NCBI RefSeq assembly: GCF_000372725.1
Contig: NW_005201144.1
Coordinates: forward strand, 248,001-278,906
Origin: Emiliania huxleyi CCMP1516
Lineage: Eukaryota
DNA length: 30,906 bases
Reading direction: 5' to 3'
A program made the position numbers and the translations under genes. Under the pieces are notes generated by a model, which searched no databases, was not told where the DNA came from, and saw only the letters and a program-made list of their open reading frames with translations. Below are positions 21,252-30,906 of the stretch, in pieces; the first letter of the stretch is position 1, and the number at the start of each line of letters is the position of its first letter.

Positions 21252-21335
21252 CCTCTCCACCCTCTCCACCCTCTCCACCCCTTCTTCAAGCCCTCCACCC
21301 TCTCCACGCTCTCCACGCTCTCCACGCTCTCCAAC
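21252..21335. repeat. Tandem CTCTCCAC(C/G) 9-mers
   Basis: Directly visible units in two blocks. Confidence 0.8.
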
Positions 21336-21460
21336 ACTCTCTATATAACCACCCCAATCTCGCCTACGCTCCCAAGGTCTCTCGGTCTCCAGACATGGCT
21401 GTCTTTGACACGCAGACATCACGATCAGCATCACACGCCCAAAGTCAATACGAGGAGTAG

Positions 21461-22804
21461 ATCTCTTACTACGTAGTAAAGGCCCTCGTCGGCTTCGAGA
21501 GTGCGCGCGGAGCGAGTGAGTTTGTGATCGCGCTCACCGCCGCAATGCTGGCCGCGTCGCTGCTCGTCGTCCTCTTCAAGACTATCAGCGCCGTCCGCAT
21601 GCCCACCATCCGCCTCTCCTCCTCCGGCCGCCATCCGGTCCTCGAGCTGTCCCCCGAGTGCCACTTCCACGGCTTCATCTCGCACTGCTGGGGGACCGGC
21701 CAGGACCAGACCCACACCGTCGTGCGGCAGCTCCAGCTTCTTCTCCCCGGCGTCCGGATCTGGCTCGACGTCGACAATCTCGAGGACGTGGGCAGGCTCG
21801 AGGAGTCGGTCAGAGACGCGACGACCTTCCTCGTCTTCCTCAGCGCGGGATACTTCAAGAGCTTCAACTGTCGCCGCGAGCTGTACGCTGCGCTAGGCTC
21901 GAACCGGCCCTTCATCCCGATCCAGGAGGCTGACGTCGACAAGGGCGGCGCCTCGATCGAGGCGCTGAAGGCAGAGTGCCGCGAGCACTGCGTCGAGACC
22001 GCCCCGCCGGCCTACCCCTCCTACAGCGGGCCAGGCGAGATGCTCGCGCGCGTGTTTGAGGCGACGATGCCGATTGTGTGGGTGCGGGTGAACGCTTTTC
22101 AGCTCGAGTCGCTCAAGGCTGTCGCGCTGCGCATGTTGCTGCACTCTCCTTACTACGCGAGCCGCCCGGCCGAGCTCGCTGGAGGAGTGATGGTCCCTCG
22201 CCAGCCGGGGCCCTGTGCCTTCAGCGGCCCCGTCACCATCCTCGTGTGCCGCGACAACGAGGGCGCCGTCGGCATTGCAAGTGACCTCAGGACGGCGGCG
22301 AGGGAGGGGCGCGGTTCTACCGCCAGCGCCGAGGCGGTCGCGATCCGCGATGCGGAGGAGGCGCTCGAGGGAGTCAACGCGGCCCCGCTCTCCGGGCACG
22401 TAGTATTTCTGCTCTACCTGAACGATAAGACCTTCCTGGACGCCGGCGGCGCCGTCGCGCGCCTCGTGCAAGCGGCGATGGACCGGCGCATCGCGATCGC
22501 CATGGTCCACGAGCAGGACCCTAGCTTCGGCGGCGTTCCGTTCCGCAACTTTTTCCAGCAGACGCCGCAGGTGCTGCTGCAGCCGCCGTACAAGCTCTTC
22601 GACACGGTGGCGGTGCCGCTCTACCCGGCTCCGGAGCACCGCACCGTGAGCCGCCGCCTCGTTCTGAGCAGCATGGGAGCGGTGCCGTGCGACGCGGGGC
22701 CGCTCCAGCGGCGGTGGGAGCTCCTCCGCCGCCGCATAGCGGTGGCGCGCCTCGTGCGGCGGCGCCCCGCCGAGCCGCGCCAGCAGCCTGTAGTGCAGCC
22801 GTAG
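21461..22804 (+). CDS. TM + TIR (TIR_2-like) domain protein, C-terminal part; N-terminus missing or disrupted
   Basis: TM helix, then FHGFISHCW..GQD, IWLDVDNL, FLVFLSAGYFKSFNCRRELYAA, and a second degenerate module (FLLYLNDKTF...MVHEQD). No ATG lies before the TM helix starts; in-frame TAG at 21458-21460. Confidence 0.8.
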   Translation: MSYYVVKALVGFESARGASEFVIALTAAMLAASLLVVLFKTISAVRMPTIRLSSSGRHPVLELSPECHFHGFISHCWGTGQDQTHTVVRQLQLLLPGVRIWLDVDNLEDVGRLEESVRDATTFLVFLSAGYFKSFNCRRELYAALGSNRPFIPIQEADVDKGGASIEALKAECREHCVETAPPAYPSYSGPGEMLARVFEATMPIVWVRVNAFQLESLKAVALRMLLHSPYYASRPAELAGGVMVPRQPGPCAFSGPVTILVCRDNEGAVGIASDLRTAAREGRGSTASAEAVAIRDAEEALEGVNAAPLSGHVVFLLYLNDKTFLDAGGAVARLVQAAMDRRIAIAMVHEQDPSFGGVPFRNFFQQTPQVLLQPPYKLFDTVAVPLYPAPEHRTVSRRLVLSSMGAVPCDAGPLQRRWELLRRRIAVARLVRRRPAEPRQQPVVQP

Positions 22805-24589
22805 GACGTGTTTGCCTCGCGCGCCCGAGCGTGCGCGCGCCGCGCCGGGATGTAGGTGGCGCCGATGTCCCTGTGCGCACGTTAGTTGCCCTGCCCCAGA
22901 CTTTCGAAAGTTGCGGTGGCCCGGCGAAAGGCCAAATTCGACGAAAGTTGGTATACGTGGCTGGGTTCACAGCGAAGGAGGAAAACGAAGGGAACACTTG
23001 ACGGTCGCGGCCTTCCGACTCGCGCCTCCGCCTCACTGGCACTATTGTAGCCCTAGCCGGTGCGCGTGCAGAGTTTAAGGTCCGGAGTGAAAATTCGAAC
23101 GCGTTCTCTCACGGTGACCAAAAAATGTCCACCTCAGAGGCACCTCCGGAGGCAGGCCGCCGCACGCCGGCGACACAGCTCCAGCTGTCGAACTGACCCG
23201 CAGCTCCTCTCATAGCGGGAACTGTGACAAAAGTTGACTGAGGCGGTTGTCAGGAATCATCATACGGATCACAAGGTGGCTCTCTCATGACGGGAGACCG
23301 CCCGACCACTCCTGGGTGGCACTGCCACCGGTGTCCCTCGACGTCCTGTCGACAGCGTGCCGACAGCGACACAGACCATGTGGGACGCGTCGAGTATCGA
23401 CCTCTACTGCTTACCCAGCCTTCGAGTGTATCCTGGCTGTGGTCCCACACCCACTGGTGTCCATCTCAGAGACCGCAGGAGGTCATGAGGGTCGATGGGA
23501 GTGCCAACCCCACAATGCCTAAAAACCCAGCCCAGTACGCAGTAGTTGCGGGCGGGGCTCGAGCCTCGGGCTACTATTCACGCTACCAGCGCTTGGCCAC
23601 ATTGGCCCTGTGAGGTCGGATCCTTCTCCTCTGTTGATGGTAACACTTGTCTACTCGCTGGAGCCGAGCAGGAGGGCCCGGCGCCTAACCCCTCTGGTCA
23701 ACTCACCCTCTCCACACGCGCCCCGTACGGTAAAGGCTACTGCCGCCGCCCCTCTCGACGCCGCTCCCCTCGCCGCCGGTAGCGACCGCGCCGCCGACGT
23801 CGGTCGCGCTGGACGGCAGCGCGTCCCCAGCCCCGCCGTCGCTCTTCTCGCCGTCGCTCGCCTCACCGCTGGTATTAGGGGCCGCGCTGCCGGTGCCGAG
23901 CGTCACCTGCCTCCACGTCTCTTCCTCTAAGGAGAGGAGAGGCTCGGCGTCCGGATAGCCGTCGTACTCGACCGCATCCACACGAGCCGGCCGCCCGAAC
24001 CCTCCTCCCGCCACGTGATGGTGGCCGACCACCACCCTGCTCGCCGAGGATCTCGACGTGCGTGCCTGTCTCAACGACAGCGTGCCCGGCCAGCCTCGCC
24101 GGCGCGTCCAAGCGCAGCCGCTCCGCCGCGCCTCCTGCGTCTCGGCGGTCCACCAACGACGCCGTCGCTGTCCTCGCCGACGTGACCGTGATCCGGAGGC
24201 GCCCACCCACGCCATTGGATGCAGCCGAGATGCAAAATCCAGAATTACCCCCCTCTTGGACGCGTCCACCCTCCGTCCAATCGAGCCGTCCCCTCTTTTA
24301 CATACATAAACATATGGGCAGTAGATGTCTGGGTATCCATGCGATTAACAACAGCCTATCTACAGCTAATGGCCATCACCAAGCTGCTGCCACACACACG
24401 ACCTCGGTGTAAGGTACCCTCCACAAACAAACAAACACAAGGCAGCCTGTCCCTCACAGTGTCCACAACGCCGGTGGGGTCCCCTCGGATGAGGGGGCTG
24501 GGGCGGCACAACCGTCTTGCCCATTGCCCTCGACGACTGGCAGAGCCGGAGCCAACCGCACCAACCACAGCCCGACCAGTAGCCAGGAA

Positions 24590-25200
24590 ACTACCCCGCT
24601 GGGCGGGGGCCTGGTTGGGTTGTGCGAGGTGCGGCCCTCTCGGAGCCACAAATTGTACAAGTCCATTGACTCCGAGCGCATCTTCTACCCGTCCGACGAC
24701 TCGCTCCTGCCGGGACCCTGGTCGACAGGTACCGAAGGCGGTCGAGCACCAGGACGAGGAGGCGCCGTTCTGGCGTCGCCCGTCCCCAACAACTCTGACA
24801 TCGACATCTTCGTTGGCGGCACGCCTGCAAACGAGACCATCGTCAGCCTCTTCTCGCGCGACGCCTCGTCGGCGGGCGGCCTCTGGGACCTCTCCGACCC
24901 GCTCGGACTGGTGCTGGCAAAGCTCCCGGGAGATCTCCTACTCGCCGGCCTCATGGCGGTTTACACCAAAAACGGCATTTTCGCTTCCCTGTTCATCTTA
25001 CACAGCGTCTCCGCCGCGCCCAAACCTTGGTACTATGCGCTCTACGTTCCAGGGTCTGGTTGGGGCGTCTTTTCCACGTGGGACCTCTGTGCAGCGCACG
25101 GCGCCATCGGGGGCTCGAGGGCGCGCCACAAGAAGTACCGCGACATCCAAGAGGCGCTCGCCCACGTTGGGGGCCTCACGCTACTCTGCGAGCATCCACC
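24590..25200 (+). other. ORF fragment ending in an RNase H1 N-terminal (hybrid-binding, Cauli_VI-like) domain; probable retroelement relic
   Basis: WYYALYVPGSGWGVFSTWDLCAAHGAIGGSRARHKKYRDIQEALAHV (25028-25168) fits YAV..G...G(I/V)(Y/F).TW..C....G...A.(Y/H)K.F....EA. Confidence 0.55.
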
Positions 25201-25309
25201 GTCGCCGCGGCTCCGCCGGCCGCACCGGCGGAGTCGATGCCGAGCGCCGACGCTGCCACCGCTACCGCCGCCGCCTCCTCCGAGGCGTCTCCGCCGCCGC
25301 CGCCAGACG

Positions 25310-25662
25310 AGTCTAGTGCAAGCATCTAGCACCGACGAGCCGGTGGGCGGCACTGGAGCCGGAGGGATCGGGCGGCCAGCAGTAAGCTCTACCGTGCAGC
25401 TCTCGACATACGGCGCGATGAGCGGTGCTGCCTCGAAGGCGTACACCATCCACGGTCCACTCCGAGCCGCAGCTTCCTCGAGTTGCGTGTGCAGCTGGAG
25501 CGTGTTGCACCACGACGCACCGAGGTCGACGTATACGTTGCGCGGGCCACAGCCCGCGAGGGTGTGCGAGTAGGCGAGCGGCGCGAGCGGAAGCATGCTG
25601 CCGGGTCCCCCCCGCAACGCGCGATACGCCGGGCGAGCGGCGTCCCAACTTGGCCCCGCCAA
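25310..25662 (-). pseudogene. FkbM-like SAM-dependent methyltransferase, N-terminal fragment
   Basis: VYVDLGASWCNT (motif I-like) and WMVYAFEAAP. The sequence loses coherence after PPTGSSV at ~25310. Confidence 0.55.
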
Positions 25663-25879
25663 AGCGCCCGCCGCAGCCTTGCCCGGGTCGATTTGTGTTT
25701 CTTTCTTTTCTTTGCGAGAGGGGTTGTAATTTAGGGATTGTATTGTGTAAAATTCTTTTCTTCGGAGCTAAGTGCCTCGCCGTCCTCGCGGGAGTCGCTT
25801 AGGCAGCTCCCGTGGTGTACCTGTGTTAGTGCCAGTGCGCGCAAGTCCCGTGCCCAGTGTCGTGCGAGTTTTCTGGTAA

Positions 25880-25942
25880 AATTCTTTTCTTCGCCAGTCC
25901 GCGCCAGTCCGCGCCCTTGTCGTGCCAGTGTGCTGTGAGAGA
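25880..25942 (+). repeat. Dispersed repeat shared with 29817-29880 and 1597-1655
   Basis: tccgcgcccttgtcgtgccagtgtgctgtgagag is identical at ~25908-25941 and ~29830-29863, flanked by AATTCTTTTCT motifs. Confidence 0.8.
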
Positions 25943-26159
25943 GGCTGTATGTATGTAGGAAGGTGAAGAACAGCCAGGCTCGGACTGGACACCAACGCGG
26001 TATGGGTGGACGCTGTGGACAGATGATGACGACACGCACGAGCGACACACAGACACAAACAAGCTCACAAGACACACAGCCAGCTGGCTGCCACACACCC
26101 TGAGTTGGCGTACCCGAGTACACATAACTCAGGTCCACATTCTTCCTGTCGCCCCCCCC

Positions 26160-27588
<1,429 letters not shown>

Positions 27589-28524
27589 GCCCCCCCCCAG
27601 CACTCCAAGGTGCCAAGAGAACAAACAAGGGCACAACAACACAACAGGCGGACAGGAAGTAACATGTGAGACTTGAGCAGGCTTGCTCCGCCTCTAGCAA
27701 TCTCACCGCTAGCCGCAAGGCATGGGCGAGACCGTGTGTGGGGTCATGTGAGGTGTAGGAGGGTATGAAGCGAACCAGTTTAGACCAGTTTAGACCACTG
27801 CTAAACACGAACCAGATTAGTCCTGTTTACGATAAACTGGGTCTAAACCTGGTATGCCCTAATGCCCTCCTACACCTCACATGACCCCACACACGGTCTC
27901 GCCCATGCCTTGCGGCTAGCGGTGAGATTGCTAGAGGCGGAGCAAGCCTGCTCAAGTCTCACATGTTACTTCCTGTCCGCCTGTTGTGTTGTTGTGCCCT
28001 TGTTTGTTCTCTTGGCACCTTGGAGTGCTGGGGGGGGGCCTGAGGGAGGGTGTAGAGGATGTAGAGTGTAGAGCGCTGTAGAGCTGTANNNNNNNNNNNN
28101 NNNNNNNNNNNNNNNNNNNNNNNNNNNNNNNNNNNNNNNNNNNNNNNNNNNNNNNNNNNNNNNNNNNNNNNNNNNNNNNNNNNNNNNNGTAGAGCTTTTA
28201 AAACAAATTTTACAGAAAAATGGCGTTTTACATCGTTTTAAAAGGGGGGGGATTTTTCCCGGGGGGGATGTAGAGTTTTAAAGTTTTAAAGGGTTTTAAA
28301 GTTTTAAAGTTTTAAAGGGTTTTACATTTTAATTCTTTTACACCTTCCTTTAGGCCCCCCCCCAGCATTCCAAGGTGCCAAGAGAACAAACAAGGGCCCA
28401 ACAACCCAACAGGGGGACAGGAAGTAACATTTGAGACTTGAGCAGGCTTGTTCCGCCTTTAGCAATTTCACCCTTAGCCCCAAGGCATGGGGGAGACCGT
28501 TTTTGGGTTCATTTGAGGTTTAGG

Positions 28525-29700
28525 AGGGTATGAAGCGAACCATTTTAGCCCATTTTAGACCCCTGTTAAACCCGAACCAGATTAGTCCTGTTTACGATAA
28601 ACTGGGTTTAAACCTGGTATGCCTAATGCCCCCCCCCCCCCCCCAGCGCGCACCTCCCCCCCGCCCCAGCTCCCCTCTGTGACGAGAGAGACGCGGCTCT
28701 CAGCGGCACGCGCGAGCGTCAGCGTCCGTGCCTCTTCTCGCGCTGGTCGAGGTTGTGCATGGCAATCTTGACCGTCTCGAGGGTCCATGCGGCCGCGTCG
28801 AGGGACTCCTCCGACAGCTTCGCCGTGTCGACGCTCGGACGAGCACGGCCGGCGTGCTATGCCTTCCTGACGATGAGCGGCGGGCGCTGAGCGATGCGCA
28901 AGTGGGGCTGACAGCCACCGCCGTCAAGGTCATCCGCGAGCAGGTGGCGGCGCGCGCCGCGAGGAAGGATGCTCTTGCCGCCGAGAAGCGCACCGCCGGC
29001 ACCACCGACCCCAGCAAGCTGACTGCAGAGCTTTTGCGCGAGGAGCTGAAGCTGCGGCGCGAGCGCGGCGAGACGATCGACGTGCCGCTGCGTTCAAACA
29101 AGCCCGTGCTACTCGCCGCCCTGGTGCGTGCTCGCGCCGCGGCTCCCGACGTGCCGCGACCCGCCGCCGCCCCCGCAGCAGCCGCGGCGGGTGGCGGTGG
29201 CGAGGCTCTCATCGCACCTACGGATGGCGTGGAGAAGCTGGTCGGGCAGCGCGTCGAAGCCGTGTGGGAGGACAAGGATGGGAGCACGGACTGGTTCCCC
29301 GCCACCATCGTCGCCCATTGGCCGACCAATAGCGAGCACGACCGGCTGCTGATGCACTTCGACGACGGCATGGACGAGATCATCACGCTGCCCGACGACA
29401 CCGTGCGCCTGACCGGCGAGGCTGTTGTTGCGCGGTGCAAGTGTGCCCGGTGTGCTGTCCGGCCCGAGGCAGAGGATGGCGGCTGCACGCTGCCGCTTCC
29501 GCAGCCAGCGCGGCCGCGGCGGCGCTAGCCCAGGGGCGCCCTAAACCGGGTCTGAACCTGGTATGTCTATAATAGGGTCCCCCACCCAGGCCGAGCCCTG
29601 TTTAGACCCAGTTTATCGTAAACCGGACTAATCTGGTTCGTGTTCAGCCGTGGTCTAAACTGGGTCTAAACATGGTCTAAACTGGTTCGCTTGATACCCT
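28525..29700. mobile_element. TIR element with ~90-100-bp TIRs containing GGTCTAAAC repeats; a cleaner left TIR copy lies at 27760-27848
   Basis: agggtatgaagcgaaccagtttagacc...ataaactgggtctaaac is the near reverse complement of 29600-29700. No clean TSD was found. Confidence 0.75.
28728..29528 (+). CDS. TIR-element-borne ORF with SAP/HeH-like and Tudor/Agenet-like domains; probably 5'-truncated
   Basis: SKLTAELLREELKLR...NKPVLLAAL is SAP-like. LVGQRVEAVWEDKDGSTDWFPATIV...MHFDDGMDE is Tudor-like. A CKCARC motif follows. There is no ATG at the start. Confidence 0.6.
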   Translation: MPLLALVEVVHGNLDRLEGPCGRVEGLLRQLRRVDARTSTAGVLCLPDDERRALSDAQVGLTATAVKVIREQVAARAARKDALAAEKRTAGTTDPSKLTAELLREELKLRRERGETIDVPLRSNKPVLLAALVRARAAAPDVPRPAAAPAAAAAGGGGEALIAPTDGVEKLVGQRVEAVWEDKDGSTDWFPATIVAHWPTNSEHDRLLMHFDDGMDEIITLPDDTVRLTGEAVVARCKCARCAVRPEAEDGGCTLPLPQPARPRRR

Positions 29701-29906
29701 TATAGGTGTCTATGTATGGACGCTCTCCTCACAGGCTATTGGCCAAGCCGCTAGCCCTAACTCGCACTCATGGGAGATGTCAGTTCATTGTATGAGTGTA
29801 TAGCGGCTATCTGTACGAATTCTTTTCTCTCCGCGCCCTTGTCGTGCCAGTGTGCTGTGAGAGTGAGAATTCTTTTCTTTTACGCGGGGTGGGGGCGGGC
29901 GGCAAG

Positions 29907-30556
29907 ATGGTCACCATCAACCTGGTACCCTGCTCATCTTCGGAGCACCAGCGCCTGTTCTCCGCGTTTCCCGCTGTCATTGCGCTGCGGACGTGCGCCA
30001 CTCCCGCCAGCAGCCGCGGCGTTCCGTGTCCGATCGCTTGAGCGCTGCCGCCTCTGCCGCAGGATCAAGAACCCGAATCTCTCGAAGAAGGCGGCGTCGC
30101 TGCTCAGGCCTATCCAGAAGGCGTTCGACGGGCACGCGGCGGACTCGCTCTGCATCTTTGCCGCGCGCGGCGGCGGAGAGCACTACGTCGGTGCCGACGC
30201 CAAAATCTCGATTGAAGACTTTTTGGCGGCGAGCTACAACGAGGGAGCGCTGGATCCCGACGGGGTCGTGTACCTCCGCTACGCATTTGACCGCGCCGCC
30301 GCAGTCGAGGCGGGCCTTCCTGACTGGACGCCCGAGATGGGCGCCGATGTGCGTGAGGAGGAACTGCGTCTGAGGCAATTCGCTGCGGCAGCGGGAGCGA
30401 TGGCGGCGGGCGGCGGTGCGGCGGGCGGCGCTGCGGCAGGAAGTGCCGCCGCCGACGCAGCTGCGGCTCCTTTAGTGGGCCATGCGGCGGCAGCGCCACC
30501 GAGAGAGGCACTGGCATCGGCGGCGGCGGTGTCGCCAACGGGGGTTGCTGTGCCGG

Positions 30557-30587
<31 letters not shown>

Positions 30588-30681
30588 ACCGGCACCGGCA
30601 CCGGCACCGGCGGCGGCGCGGCAGTCGGCAGGCTGGAGGGAGGCGGAGATGCGGCGCAAGGTGTGCGAGACTTGGCCCTGA
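29907..30681 (+). CDS. Hypothetical protein; exons 29907-29992 and 30063 onward; weak ATG8/ATG12-like segment and Ala-rich tail
   Basis: A phase-2 GT-AG intron (29993-30062) joins MVTINLVP...IALRT to IKNPNLSKK...DSLCIF...DPDGVVYLRYA. The gene may splice further at aag|gtgtg (~30660). Confidence 0.55.
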
Positions 30682-30705
30682 CCCTGACACCACCAGAGTG
30701 TCCAC

Positions 30706-30761
30706 CAGACCTGTCAGCAGACCTGTCAGCAGACTCTGTCAGCAGACTCTGTCAGCAGACT
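30706..30761. repeat. Tandem CAGAC(T)CTGTCAG units
   Basis: Four 12-13-bp units. Confidence 0.8.
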
Positions 30762-30859
30762 GACCACTCCCCACGCACCCGCCGCCCTCGACCTCTTCCC
30801 TCACCCTCTTGATCTCGTTCTCGCCCACACCCCACACAACCACACAGCCATCCACTCAA

Positions 30860-30906
<47 letters not shown>
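30860..30906 (+). repeat. (CA)n running off the window end
   Basis: Directly visible. Confidence 0.95.

Noticed and set aside
27865..28088. Perfect fold-back as a biological palindrome
   Set aside because: It turns where the other copy enters a poly-C run and it ends at an N gap, so a chimeric read or misassembly is more likely. Long reads are needed.
28189..28630. T-rich diverged copy of ~27420-27865, resembling RIP or deamination
   Set aside because: Changes are densest at the gap edge and extend homopolymers, typical of a low-quality read end.

Overview
GC-rich eukaryotic DNA with spliceosomal introns (many GC-AG), long (CA)n tracts and three 100-N gaps. The style and gene families suggest a haptophyte such as Emiliania (Gephyrocapsa) huxleyi (inference). 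Genes or gene fragments: a VOC/glyoxalase-like protein, an LRR receptor-like membrane protein, an F-box/RCC1 pseudogene, a multi-exon PX+ankyrin gene that the ORF track misses, a probable plastid-targeted membrane protein, a frameshifted Cys-loop membrane protein, a TM-TIR protein, and kinase and FkbM-like fragments. Mobile DNA is dense and nested: two long-TIR elements with 9-bp TSDs (MULE-like), each carrying a 5'-truncated non-LTR retroelement with its own TSD; a third TIR element encoding SAP-like and Tudor-like domains; and further LINE 3' ends. The main observation is that a non-LTR retroelement family ((CA)n + ~110-bp core + (CTTAC)n tail) appears to have created an intron. Intron 12951-13332 matches one such insertion exactly, and its 10-bp TSD (AG|GCCCTCCG) supplies both splice sites. 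Several other introns also begin with a near-copy of the next exon's start. All gene models were inferred by eye, without transcript or database support.
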